From Fibrobacteria bacterium (GTDB lineage Bacteria; Fibrobacterota; Fibrobacteria; UBA11236; JADFYW01): DNA of 64,000 nucleotides. The notes beneath the pieces are model-generated. The model did not search any database, was not told the origin of the DNA, and saw only the letters and a program-made list of their open reading frames with translations. Positions 37,277-47,602 of this stretch are shown here, piece by piece; the stretch's first letter is position 1; each line of letters opens with the position of its first letter. The position numbers and the translations under genes are program-made. The stretch is taken from positions 96,001 to 160,000 of the forward strand of contig JBNKOC010000025.1 in assembly GCA_050294405.1 (NCBI GenBank). The letters run 5' to 3'.

Positions 37277-38865
37277 GGGTACTAGGCGATATCGTAAAAA
37301 ACGCAGGGGAGCAATTCCCTGAAAAAGATGCTGTACATTATAAATCGGAGTGGAAAAGTTTTGGTCAAATATTAAATGAGTCAAAGTCCTTGGCCAGTTT
37401 TTTAGTTTCCAAAGGCCTCCAAAAAAACCAGCGAGTTTGTTTTTTTCTGGAAAAAAGGTTTGAAAAAGTAAGTTCCATCTGGGGAATTTCTCTATCGGGC
37501 GGATGTTTTGTTCCAATTCGAAAATTGTCTCTTCCCCCACAGGTGGTTCACATATTTAATGATTGCGGGTCAGAAATTTTGATTACCACCGCAGAGCGTA
37601 TACAATACATGGGCGATGAAATGGCAAATATGCCAAATTTGAAGAAAATTATCTTGGTTGGAAAGCGAGAGGAAGAAGTATTAAATAAACTTCCCAATTC
37701 CATTGAGGTTTTCAACTGGGACGATGCTGTGGGATTTCAGGAAGTTTCTCTTCCCCATGTTATTCAGTACGACTTGGCTGCCATATTGTATACATCAGGT
37801 TCTACGGGTAAACCAAAGGGCGTGGTTTTGAACCATTTGAATATTGTGGAAGGGGCTAAAAAAGTTTCTCAATTTTTAGATATAACTGAAAGGGACAGGT
37901 TGCTTTCCATATTGACTTTTGGATTTGATTACGGACTAAATCAATTGACCAGTTCTTTTTATAAAGGGGCGCAAATTGTTTTGTTCGACTATCTTTTTCC
38001 TAAAGACATTATCAGCCATTCAAAAAAAATGGAAGTCACCGGCCTTGCGGCGGTAGCTACCACCTGGATACAATTGGCTCAAATAAAATGGAGCCAGGAA
38101 GATGTGCCAAAATTGCGTTATATTACAAATTCCGGCGGTGCCATTCCTGAGCAGCATGTGTTGGAGCTGAATAAAAGGCTAAGCCAGGGGAAAGTGTTTT
38201 TGATGTATGGATTAACCGAGGCCTTCCGCTCAACCTTTTTAGATCCAGAATTAGTGGAAAAATATCCTACATCCATGGGTAAGGCCATACCAGGAGAAGA
38301 AATTATTATTGTGGACGAAAACAATAAGCCTGTAAAAGAAGGTGACGTGGGAGAGCTGGTGCACCGTGGAGTGCTGGTGGCTCAGGGCTATTGGAATGCG
38401 CCAGAGCTTACAGCTATACGTTATAAGCGCGATCCTTTAAACCCTCCCGAAGTTATGGTTCCCATGATGGCGGTCTACAGCGGAGATCGAGTTAAACTCG
38501 GAGAAAATGGGCTGCTGTTTTTTGTGGGGCGCAACGATGAAATGATCAAATGCGCTGGCAATCGGGTTTCGCCCACGGAAATTGAGGAACTGTTATATAA
38601 TTCAGATATGTTAGCAACGGCTATGGCAATGGGAGTGCCCCACGAAACTTACGGCCAAACGGTTTTTGCAATTGTGGTGCCTAAGGATAGCAAAAGTTTT
38701 GATTTGGAAGCGTTTAAATCATATTGTAAAAAAAGTATGCCTCCCCATATGTGCCCTCAAGGTTATGAAGTTAGGGAAACGCTACCTCAAAACACTAATG
38801 GAAAACTAGACAGATCCCGGATTAGCAAAGAAATTTATGCGGACTTAGGGTTAGAAAAAAAATAG
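37264..38865 (+). CDS. Acyl-CoA/acyl-ACP ligase (AMP-forming), exosortase A-associated type
   Basis: YTSGSTGKPKG, FDYGLNQL, MYGLTEAFRST, NGKLDR. Confidence 0.92.
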   Translation: MDKIRVLGDIVKNAGEQFPEKDAVHYKSEWKSFGQILNESKSLASFLVSKGLQKNQRVCFFLEKRFEKVSSIWGISLSGGCFVPIRKLSLPPQVVHIFNDCGSEILITTAERIQYMGDEMANMPNLKKIILVGKREEEVLNKLPNSIEVFNWDDAVGFQEVSLPHVIQYDLAAILYTSGSTGKPKGVVLNHLNIVEGAKKVSQFLDITERDRLLSILTFGFDYGLNQLTSSFYKGAQIVLFDYLFPKDIISHSKKMEVTGLAAVATTWIQLAQIKWSQEDVPKLRYITNSGGAIPEQHVLELNKRLSQGKVFLMYGLTEAFRSTFLDPELVEKYPTSMGKAIPGEEIIIVDENNKPVKEGDVGELVHRGVLVAQGYWNAPELTAIRYKRDPLNPPEVMVPMMAVYSGDRVKLGENGLLFFVGRNDEMIKCAGNRVSPTEIEELLYNSDMLATAMAMGVPHETYGQTVFAIVVPKDSKSFDLEAFKSYCKKSMPPHMCPQGYEVRETLPQNTNGKLDRSRISKEIYADLGLEKK

Positions 38866-38873
38866 GAAGTTTT

Positions 38874-40103
38874 ATGGCAATATTCGATTCTGTTGCTTCT
38901 CACATTGAGCAAAGGGATGGGCAAATTTACCTGGCGGGCCAAAGTATTAGCCGGATTGTGGAACAGACAGGGACACCTGTGTATTTGTATGATACATCTG
39001 TTCTGAAATGGAGGCATGATTTACTCAGAAAGTTTCTTCCAAAAGAAATAAAAATCACTTATGCGGTTAAGGCAAACCCAAATATTGATGTAATACGAGA
39101 GTTAAATAAATTGTATGATGGGGTGGATCTTGCTTCGCAAGGGGAAATGGAGCGCTGTTTATTAGCATCTGTAGAACCGGAAAATATGAGTTTTGCGGGA
39201 CCTGGGAAAAGTATTGAAGAGCTTGAATTTGCCATTAAAAATAAAATTGGCAGTTTGAGTGTGGAAAGCGAACGTGAACTTGAACATATCGAAAATATAT
39301 GCCGCAAGAATAACCTAAAGGCTAATGTAATGATTAGGGTTAACCCTGCATTTGAGTTGGCCCGTAGCGGTCTTAAAATGGGTGGTGGGCCTAAACAATT
39401 TGGAATTGATTCTGAACGGGTTGAAAATGTAATTAAGCAGCTCGAAAACTCAGAATACATCCAGTTTAAGGGAATACATATATTTTCAGGTACTCAAAAT
39501 TTAAATGCAGAATCTATTGTAGAGGCCTTCCAAAAAATTTTAGAATACACAACGGAACTTCAAGCCAATATAAGTATTCCCGTAAGTACATTAAATTTAG
39601 GCGGGGGATTTGGAATACCATATTTTTTGGGAGACAAAGAATTAGATTTGGAGTTTTTGGGCTCCGAAATCCAAAAATTAGTGGATACTTTTTCTCCAAA
39701 GCTGCCTCAAACCCAATTCAAAATTGAATTGGGCCGATATATTGTGGGAGAGGCTGGACTTTACGCTTCTCGCATCAGATATAAAAAAATATCCCGGGGC
39801 ACCACCTTTTTGGTCTTGGATGGGGGAATGCACCAGCATTTACCCGCTTCAGGCAATATTTCCCTAAGTCCAATCAGGCGGCAAATGCAGCTGACAGTAG
39901 CTAATAAATTAAATGCAGCTACCGAAAAAGTTCATGTTGTGGGCCCTCTTTGTACACCTCTGGATACATTTGGAATGAATGTGGAATTGCCTGCGGCAGA
40001 GGAGGGAGATATTGTAGTTGTGTATAATTCAGGAGCTTACGGATATTCCATCAGCCCCTTAAATTTTTTAAGTCATCCCCTGCCTAAGGAAGTATTGGTT
40101 TAA
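38874..40103 (+). CDS. PLP-dependent decarboxylase (fold III, LysA/BtrK-like), exosortase A-associated type
   Basis: YAVKANP, MGGGPKQFGID, LGGGFGIPY, ELGRY, GPLCTPLD, GAYG. Confidence 0.92.
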   Translation: MAIFDSVASHIEQRDGQIYLAGQSISRIVEQTGTPVYLYDTSVLKWRHDLLRKFLPKEIKITYAVKANPNIDVIRELNKLYDGVDLASQGEMERCLLASVEPENMSFAGPGKSIEELEFAIKNKIGSLSVESERELEHIENICRKNNLKANVMIRVNPAFELARSGLKMGGGPKQFGIDSERVENVIKQLENSEYIQFKGIHIFSGTQNLNAESIVEAFQKILEYTTELQANISIPVSTLNLGGGFGIPYFLGDKELDLEFLGSEIQKLVDTFSPKLPQTQFKIELGRYIVGEAGLYASRIRYKKISRGTTFLVLDGGMHQHLPASGNISLSPIRRQMQLTVANKLNAATEKVHVVGPLCTPLDTFGMNVELPAAEEGDIVVVYNSGAYGYSISPLNFLSHPLPKEVLV

Positions 40104-40106
40104 TTT

Positions 40107-41534
40107 ATGTATAAAATTGAAATTGCAACGACCCTGGAAGCGGTGGAAAAAAGTGAGCCGGAAGTAAAAGCCCTTTGCCTTGAGGCAAAGTCTAACCTTT
40201 CTTTTCATCAAATCAGCTTTCCCAAACTATGGTATCAATTTTTTAACGGAGAAGATGGGGCTTATTACGGAGATAAAAGGGGGCGTAATTTTTTCGGGCA
40301 AAAAAGCGTTTTAAAATCCATGCACTATGTAAGTTTGGTATATAGTGGGAAGCTTGTTGGATTTATGCCACTGGTTTTTTTTGATGTATTTGTCAGAGGG
40401 GAAAAAGAACCCGTTAAGCTATTGAGCTTTTCAGGGGACTCTGTATTAATGTTTTTTCAGGATATATTGGTGCTTCAAGAACATCGAGAGGAAGGCGTAA
40501 AAGCATTGGTAGACCACCTGGCTCAGGTATCCAAACAAGAAAACGCTCTTGTGTATTTAGGCTATATTCCCGAAGACTCTGAAAACCTTATTTTCCTGGA
40601 AAAATCCTTACGCGAAAAAATATCTCAGGGGTTTTCGGGAGGAATGGCCTATAACCGCAGCCGCCCTGGTGTTTATCCCTGGAATATTAAGCCTTTGGTA
40701 AAAGCGTTATTATCCTATTGTGAAAAACTGCCAGAAGATTCTGATATATCCGCCAGAATTAATGAGTTGATTGAAAAACTAGAAGCGCAAACATCCGCCT
40801 TATTAGTATTTGCAGCAACCCGGAAAAATTTTGAAGAAGAATTGGAGCGCATAATTACACTTTTGGAGTCTAATCCCGATACTTCTGATTGCCGGAAACC
40901 TCTCGAAGAAGCTATTAAGGATCACTTAATTGTATACCCTTATATCAGATTGCCTCAAAAACCTGAAGATTATAGCAATGGATTAAGTTCAAGTAAGCGT
41001 TATTATTTTAAGCGTTATTTTAAGAAATTTTTCGCACAGGAAGCTGTTTTTGAAAAGCTCGAGCCCTCTGATATTACCGAAAAAGATGTGGATGATTATT
41101 TGAGCCTTCATGTACAACGATGGGGCGATGAATCCATAATGGCAAATGATTTGACCCTGGATTTTCAAAAGCAATTGTGTTTGGCCCTGGCAAAGGATGG
41201 GGTTTTTAGAATGTTCTTTGCGAAATGGAAGGGAAAACGAATTGCTGTTCATGTATGTATAGATGCCGCAAACCGCAGAGAGTACTTTTTTTCTGGCCGG
41301 GATATGGAAGCCCAAAATTTACGGGCAGGAAAGCTTATGGTGATGCATACTATTGAAGACGCGATTACAAGCGGGTTTGAAATATACGACTTCGGTTTCG
41401 GTGGCGATGAATATAAAGCGGATTTTACCAAAGAAGCGCGGCATGTAAAATGCCTTTTGTTGTGCGCCGAAGCATCGCAGATGAAGTTGGAACAAATATT
41501 TCCGAAATTCGAATACATTAAAATTGAATCCTAA
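40107..41534 (+). CDS. GNAT-family acyltransferase (CelD/BcsL-like)
   Basis: C-terminal GKLMVMHTIEDA...YDFGFGGDEYKADF. Confidence 0.75.
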   Translation: MYKIEIATTLEAVEKSEPEVKALCLEAKSNLSFHQISFPKLWYQFFNGEDGAYYGDKRGRNFFGQKSVLKSMHYVSLVYSGKLVGFMPLVFFDVFVRGEKEPVKLLSFSGDSVLMFFQDILVLQEHREEGVKALVDHLAQVSKQENALVYLGYIPEDSENLIFLEKSLREKISQGFSGGMAYNRSRPGVYPWNIKPLVKALLSYCEKLPEDSDISARINELIEKLEAQTSALLVFAATRKNFEEELERIITLLESNPDTSDCRKPLEEAIKDHLIVYPYIRLPQKPEDYSNGLSSSKRYYFKRYFKKFFAQEAVFEKLEPSDITEKDVDDYLSLHVQRWGDESIMANDLTLDFQKQLCLALAKDGVFRMFFAKWKGKRIAVHVCIDAANRREYFFSGRDMEAQNLRAGKLMVMHTIEDAITSGFEIYDFGFGGDEYKADFTKEARHVKCLLLCAEASQMKLEQIFPKFEYIKIES

Positions 41535-41536
41535 TT

Positions 41537-42796
41537 ATGCCTAATAATACCGAAAGCGCAAAAAATTTAAAAGCCCTGATGGTGGCGTACCACTTTCCCC
41601 CAATACACGGAAGTAGCGGTTATTTGCGTACTTTAAAATTTGTAAAATACCTGTTTCAAAAAAATGTAATGCCAAAAGTATTAACGGTTAATCCAAGGGC
41701 ATATGTAGCTGTTAAAGAAGATATGTTAAAGCAGGTTCCCCAAGGAGTTGAAGTAATTCGCAGTTTTGCTTTGGACAGCCAAAAACATTTGAGCTTCAAG
41801 GGAAAGTATTTTGGTTGGATGAGCATTCCTGACAGGTATCCAAGCTGGATACCTTTTGCTGTATTGGATGGTCTTATGGCTATTCGGAAAAATAATATTG
41901 ATGTTATATTTTCCACCTATCCTATTCCTTCTGCCATGTTAATAGGTTTGCTGTTAAAAAAAATAAGCAAAAAAACCTGGGTGGCCGATTTTAGGGATCC
42001 AATGTGGGATGAATATGTGGAAACAGCCACTTCGGGCATATTTAAAGCGCGCGCCTGGATTGAGAAAAAAAGTGTATTAGCCGCAGACAAAATTACGGTG
42101 ACTACTCAGGGAATAAAAGATCTTTTTGTTAAGAGGTATGGAAAAGATGTTGAGTCCAAAATTGTTGTCATTGAAAATGGCTACGATGAAGAAGATTTTA
42201 TTGCCTTGAAAAAAAATGCAAAATCCGAAGGCAAAATTGAACTTATTCACACAGGTTTATTGGAACCTGTGGACAGAAACCCTATTCCCTTTTTTAAAGC
42301 GCTTAAAATGCTTTTGGATGATAGTCCGGAGTTTAAAAACAAAATTGCTGTACGATTTTATGCAAGCGGACACGATGATAAATATTTGCCTGTTTTACGG
42401 GAATTAGGGCTGGATTCTTTGGTAGAATTGCTGCCTGGAGTATCATATGGCGAAGCCCTGCAAAAAGTCAACGACTCCCATATTTCTCTAATTTTCCAAG
42501 GCAAAAGCTGCAATAATCAAATACCTGCCAAATTATATGAGTATTTGAGAATTGGAAACCCCATTTTGGGTATGACCACTATAGAAGGATTAACTGGAAA
42601 AACTATATTGGATAGTGGTGCCGGGGAAGTGGTGTCCGACGAGGATTCTGAGGCTATTTTTGCCATTTTAAAAAATTGGCTGCAGAAATTACAAGCTGGG
42701 CAGCCCCTGCCAAAAGTGACTGAGGATAAAGTAAAAATGTATTCCCGAGAGTTTCAAGCCGAACAATTAGCTCAATTAATGGCCGAGGTAGCCTAA
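41537..42796 (+). CDS. GT4 glycosyltransferase
   Basis: YHFPP...RTLKFVKYL, ADFRDPMW, NGYDEEDF, IPAKLYEY. Confidence 0.88.
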   Translation: MPNNTESAKNLKALMVAYHFPPIHGSSGYLRTLKFVKYLFQKNVMPKVLTVNPRAYVAVKEDMLKQVPQGVEVIRSFALDSQKHLSFKGKYFGWMSIPDRYPSWIPFAVLDGLMAIRKNNIDVIFSTYPIPSAMLIGLLLKKISKKTWVADFRDPMWDEYVETATSGIFKARAWIEKKSVLAADKITVTTQGIKDLFVKRYGKDVESKIVVIENGYDEEDFIALKKNAKSEGKIELIHTGLLEPVDRNPIPFFKALKMLLDDSPEFKNKIAVRFYASGHDDKYLPVLRELGLDSLVELLPGVSYGEALQKVNDSHISLIFQGKSCNNQIPAKLYEYLRIGNPILGMTTIEGLTGKTILDSGAGEVVSDEDSEAIFAILKNWLQKLQAGQPLPKVTEDKVKMYSREFQAEQLAQLMAEVA

Positions 42797-42797
42797 A

Positions 42798-45797
42798 ATG
42801 AAATTCAGTATGAACTGGATTGTATTTATGGCTATGTTTTTTATATGCTATAGCCAAAGCTTTAGTCAAAAGTATAAATGGGCGTATATTCCTATCCCCT
42901 ATATTCAATCCGCAGCTGATCTAAACCAGCCAGTTCTTAAAGTCGATAGTAAGGGGGTTTATAAAATTGCTTTTGCAGCCAACCAACATATTATGTATGC
43001 GGAGTTTGATGGGACCTTTTGGAAAATTGAAATTGGAGGGGATGATTCTTATCGGGATTCAAAGGTAGATTTGGCTCTGGATTCAAAAGATGAACCGCAT
43101 TTGTTGTACCATCAAGGGGATTACGACGGCATTATTTATGCAAATAAAAATAATGGCAATTGGCAAAGTGAAATTATTGCCAGGCCTGAGAATATTAAAA
43201 CGGACTGGTATCAGCTTTCCATAATTTTAAACGACCAGGATGAAGTTTTTACTGCATATACATCTCCCAATGGGGAACTTGCCGAAGCCACTTTGTTTTA
43301 TAGTATTATTTCAACACCAGGACAAATTCCTCCACCTACTCCAATGGTTCCCACTGGAAGAAACGGTAAATGGAATGATTTTATTATTGACAATCAAACA
43401 GGTTTGCCTGTACTTGCTTATTTTGCCGACCACGTTCGTAAGCCCGTGCTTGCCCGATATGGTGACAATGATTGGGATTTGGAGTTAATTGACAGTATTC
43501 AAGTAAACGACAGCACCATTTTTGATGAAAATCTTTATGGTTATGGTATTAGTTTGGCGCAAAAACGAAACGGAACTTATGTAATGACACACCATGATGC
43601 AGAAGCAGGTCAAAACGCCGTTTATTTAATGGAAGGGGTAGAGGGAAACTGGAAGAAGGAAATAGTATATACCATCATCCATACAACTTGGTCTTCTGAA
43701 AACCCGGTATCAGTGGACAGCCGCGATAGTGTTTTTGTTGCTCATAATTTATACGACAATGAAACTAAAAGAAATGACTTGTATTTAAGCTATCGAGAAA
43801 ATGAAAATTGGATTCACGAATTAGTGGAAAACAATAGCTATGCCGGGCTTTATCCCGATTTGGCTATTAATAAATACGACCGGCCTGCCATTAGTTATCT
43901 GGATTCTGTTGCAAACCTCCTGTATTTAGCAATCGCTGTAGACGAGGTTCCATCCAAAGAGCCAAAAGCAATTATAGATACTTCTGCCATTAGTTTTAAT
44001 CATATTTCTGATTCATTAAAAATCAATAACATTAAAATAAATTGTGAATATGTAGGAAAGCTGTTTCCCTTAGCGCTAAAAAAAGACTCAACTCTTACCC
44101 GGGTGTTCTTAAAAGTGTTTTTTGAAAATGAAAACAACGATTTGAGAGTATACCCGCTTAAATTGAATCCTACTGATACCAGTTTTACAGCAAGTGTCAA
44201 TTACAATTTAAATACAAGAGCTAAAATTATCGTAGAAGGCGATGATATATACAGAAACAAATTTGTTTCTGACACAATAATATATAAGCTTACTGATACT
44301 CTGTATTATTCCAAGGTAGATACTACTGGCCCGGATTTCTCCGAAATTGGTTTTAGCAATTTGATTATTTCAGATTCCTTATTAGCTGTTGGGCCACTGA
44401 ATTTCCCAGAGTCTCAAAGTAAAGCGCCTGTTAAAAGTGTGCGATATAATTTCTTAAGGTCTTTTGAAAACTCCATTGATACAGGAAGCTTTGTATGGGA
44501 TGAGGATGGGTGGACGGCTGATAGCATCTTTTTGGGATTGAATAATATTGGGCTTTTGCAGATATTGGCCCAGGATACCTTGGGAAAAGTTACAGATAAG
44601 TGGATAAAGATATGCTCCCCCTGGGACTGGCCTGAAATGAATTTTGAAGATAGCCGGTGGCAACTTGTGGGCGTCCCATTTGATATAGGTTATAAAGAGT
44701 TTAAAGCGGGGTTATCGCCCTCCGGCGCAAACCATCACTTCTATATTATTTCCGATAATGAATTAAAAGAAAAAAAATTTAAGGATAATGATAGCATCAT
44801 GGCGGGAACAGGAATGTTATATGGCGCTCTAAATGGAAATTGGAGCGTTGAAAGCTTTACCCAGGGCATAAGTAATAAGGCTGTGGATACCCTGTATTTA
44901 AAAAAAGGCTGGAATTTAATAACCATGCCATTTCCTTTCGAAGTGCCAGCCTCTTCCATTCAATTTTCCAGAGAGGATCAAATTGCCTTGCTGTTGCAAT
45001 TGAGGTATTCTTCTCCAAATTACGTATGGCAAGCAGCAGGCTCTACATTTTTTCCCTATGTGGGGTATGCCCTGTATTCCAGGCTCGATAATCAATACAT
45101 TACATTTGACTTTAGTCCCAGTATTCCTGAAAAACCTGGGGGCCTGCATACATACAGTGAATTGTTGGAAAAAAATTCCGGTCAAAGGGTGTATTTTTCA
45201 GAGAGTTATGAGCCGATTCCCTATTTAACACCATTGGAAAGTGACACTAAATTATACGCACTAAATGACAGTTCACAATATTTGCTAAAGCAATATGCAA
45301 ATAATATAAAAGAACGGATTTATTTGGTTAGTAAAAACATGGATAATGTGAATTTCCAGTGGAACGGTTCCAGGCGCTTTCAAAAAGTAGAATTAATTGA
45401 CCTTGCTACGGGTTACAATGTTTTGGATAGCCAAAAACATCCAAAAGCTTCCGATTCTTATTTGTTGCTTGCAGGGACTTCGCGATTTGTGGAAAACGAA
45501 AAAAGCGGTGTCAAGGCTACAATTCCTTATTCTATTAACAAGATACCCAATGTACTAAATCAATCCTTAAATAGAATTCCAATACAATTTTCCAAGGGTG
45601 TTGAATCTGTAAAGTTGAATCTAACCTTTAGCGATTTACGAGGGAAAAAAATAAGTTTAAAAAACATTAAGGTTGATGATTCTAATCCTTATTTGGAATT
45701 TAACTTGGGCGCTTTCCCGTTGGGAGTGTATGTAATGGAAATAAATGACCATGAACATAACATTAAGGAAGTTTTAAAGGTGATTGTAAGTGAATAG
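42798..45797 (+). CDS. Large secreted protein with N-terminal beta-propeller-like repeats and a T9SS/FlgD-like C-terminal domain
   Basis: Signal peptide; repeats such as LALDSKDEPH...W..E and LAINKYDRPAISY; LKKGWNLI; C-terminal SDLRGK...GVYVMEI. Confidence 0.65.
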   Translation: MKFSMNWIVFMAMFFICYSQSFSQKYKWAYIPIPYIQSAADLNQPVLKVDSKGVYKIAFAANQHIMYAEFDGTFWKIEIGGDDSYRDSKVDLALDSKDEPHLLYHQGDYDGIIYANKNNGNWQSEIIARPENIKTDWYQLSIILNDQDEVFTAYTSPNGELAEATLFYSIISTPGQIPPPTPMVPTGRNGKWNDFIIDNQTGLPVLAYFADHVRKPVLARYGDNDWDLELIDSIQVNDSTIFDENLYGYGISLAQKRNGTYVMTHHDAEAGQNAVYLMEGVEGNWKKEIVYTIIHTTWSSENPVSVDSRDSVFVAHNLYDNETKRNDLYLSYRENENWIHELVENNSYAGLYPDLAINKYDRPAISYLDSVANLLYLAIAVDEVPSKEPKAIIDTSAISFNHISDSLKINNIKINCEYVGKLFPLALKKDSTLTRVFLKVFFENENNDLRVYPLKLNPTDTSFTASVNYNLNTRAKIIVEGDDIYRNKFVSDTIIYKLTDTLYYSKVDTTGPDFSEIGFSNLIISDSLLAVGPLNFPESQSKAPVKSVRYNFLRSFENSIDTGSFVWDEDGWTADSIFLGLNNIGLLQILAQDTLGKVTDKWIKICSPWDWPEMNFEDSRWQLVGVPFDIGYKEFKAGLSPSGANHHFYIISDNELKEKKFKDNDSIMAGTGMLYGALNGNWSVESFTQGISNKAVDTLYLKKGWNLITMPFPFEVPASSIQFSREDQIALLLQLRYSSPNYVWQAAGSTFFPYVGYALYSRLDNQYITFDFSPSIPEKPGGLHTYSELLEKNSGQRVYFSESYEPIPYLTPLESDTKLYALNDSSQYLLKQYANNIKERIYLVSKNMDNVNFQWNGSRRFQKVELIDLATGYNVLDSQKHPKASDSYLLLAGTSRFVENEKSGVKATIPYSINKIPNVLNQSLNRIPIQFSKGVESVKLNLTFSDLRGKKISLKNIKVDDSNPYLEFNLGAFPLGVYVMEINDHEHNIKEVLKVIVSE

Positions 45798-46578
45798 AAT
45801 TGCCCTATTAAGTCTGTTTGTTCTTATGCAATATGTTTGCTTTTCAAAAGATTGTAATGATGTGCCTATTAATGATATGATTTTAAGGGGGAAAATTGGT
45901 GGTGGGGATAGCCTATTGGTAAAAAATCAGTGGTTGCCCTGTTCTAAAATATTGGTTGAGGCTGAAACAGTTGCGGAAATTGAAGAAGGGACTGTTTTGG
46001 GTTTTGTTCATCCAGATCCTGAAAATAAAATTTATGTGGATGGGACCCTTATTATCAATGGCCGAAAAAAGAATCCTGTTATTTTTTCAGGATATTTAGA
46101 CAACTCTGCTAGAAGCGATACGTCCGGTGAACATGGTTGGGGAGGCATAGTTATTAATAATGGCGGAAAACTGATTGTTCACGGAGCTAATTTCTATGGA
46201 GCCAAAATTCCAATTTCAGGATATTCCACGGATATAGAGCTGCGAGAATCATTTTTTAAAAATGGAGAAAAAGTATTGCTTTTTTCCCACCGCAGCTATT
46301 CTATTGATAGTTCCGGATATATCGATAGCTTGTTAGTGGCCCAATATGTTAATCAACCAGTGGCTAACCCAGCCCCAGCTAACTCCGAAAATTCTGGAGA
46401 AAAAGCCGGGTATAAAATGGGCCTTAAAATCCCAAAATCTGTATTGGCTCTTTTAGCGGGAAGCGCCATATTAGGAGGTTCTGTTTACGGGATTAGCGCT
46501 TGGATAAAAGCAAACAGACCAACTGCAGAAGAGCGTTTTCTTACTCGGCGTCCGAGGCTCCCAGAAGTAGCTGAATAA
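45790..46578 (+). CDS. Hypothetical exported protein with a short beta-helix and C-terminal TM anchor
   Basis: VDGTLIING.KKNPVIFS...WGGI motif; C-terminal hydrophobic helix then a basic/Pro tail. Confidence 0.65.
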   Translation: MNRIALLSLFVLMQYVCFSKDCNDVPINDMILRGKIGGGDSLLVKNQWLPCSKILVEAETVAEIEEGTVLGFVHPDPENKIYVDGTLIINGRKKNPVIFSGYLDNSARSDTSGEHGWGGIVINNGGKLIVHGANFYGAKIPISGYSTDIELRESFFKNGEKVLLFSHRSYSIDSSGYIDSLLVAQYVNQPVANPAPANSENSGEKAGYKMGLKIPKSVLALLAGSAILGGSVYGISAWIKANRPTAEERFLTRRPRLPEVAE

Positions 46579-46579
46579 A

Positions 46580-47602
46580 ATGAAAGAAAAGTTAATTAGT
46601 TCAGCCGGTAAGCTGGCAAGCCTTTTGCCTGATTCTTTGAATGCAATTGCCTGGAAAAAGAAAAATCTTTTGAAATCAAGAGAAAAGTCTCAACTACCCT
46701 TTCAAATTATGATTTATCACAGAGTTCTGAAAAAGCCAGATCCCTTTGCTATGGCTCCGGTCTTGGAAAAAGATTTTGAAAATCAAATAAAGCTTTACTC
46801 AGAAAATTTTAGAGTGATTGGGTTAAGTCAACTACATAAGGAAATACAAGAAGGCTATGTTGAAGAAAAAACCTTATGTATAACATTTGATGATGGATAC
46901 AAGGATAATTTTGAAGTTGCTCTTCCAATCCTAAACAAATACAACTTGCCTGCTACGGTATTTGTGGCTACCAAGGCCGTAGATAGCCAAGAGCTTCTAT
47001 GGTATGATAAAGTGTTGAGTTTATTTTCCAGGTCGAAAGAAAATGTATTTGAGTTTCCTGAATTAAATATTTCTGTTTTTAGTTTGACCCCTACTGAGAA
47101 CAAAAGGGACGCCGCTCATTGCGTTTTGGGAAAATTAAAAGAATTTGATCCTATGCAAAGAGATAGTTACATAATAGAAATAGCTAAGCAATTAAAAGTG
47201 GATTTGGTAGAGAACACCAATATTATGTTATCCTGGGAGAATGTTAAGGAGTTAAAAGGCAATGGAGTTGAAATTGGTGCTCATACTCATAGCCATCCCA
47301 TATTGTCTAAACTCAATTATGAGGAAGCGCTGCTTGAGATTAAAACATCCAAAGAAATTTTAGAGGATAAGCTTCAGGAAGAAGTAAGTAGCTTTGCTTA
47401 TCCAAATGGTGGCAGAGAAGATTACAACTCCAGTACCATCAAAGCAGTTCAGGACAGCGGTTTAAAATTGGCCGTAACAACCAATCACGGAACCAACACC
47501 ACAAAAAGCAATTTATTCGAATTAAACCGACGGCAGACTTGGGAGAGTGACCCTTATAGTTTATATATCCGTTTATTGGGCGATTGTATTAGGGCAAACT
47601 AA
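46580..47602 (+). CDS. Polysaccharide deacetylase (CE4/NodB)
   Basis: IYHRV, ITFDDGY, IGAHTHSHP, FAYPNG. Confidence 0.92.
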   Translation: MKEKLISSAGKLASLLPDSLNAIAWKKKNLLKSREKSQLPFQIMIYHRVLKKPDPFAMAPVLEKDFENQIKLYSENFRVIGLSQLHKEIQEGYVEEKTLCITFDDGYKDNFEVALPILNKYNLPATVFVATKAVDSQELLWYDKVLSLFSRSKENVFEFPELNISVFSLTPTENKRDAAHCVLGKLKEFDPMQRDSYIIEIAKQLKVDLVENTNIMLSWENVKELKGNGVEIGAHTHSHPILSKLNYEEALLEIKTSKEILEDKLQEEVSSFAYPNGGREDYNSSTIKAVQDSGLKLAVTTNHGTNTTKSNLFELNRRQTWESDPYSLYIRLLGDCIRAN

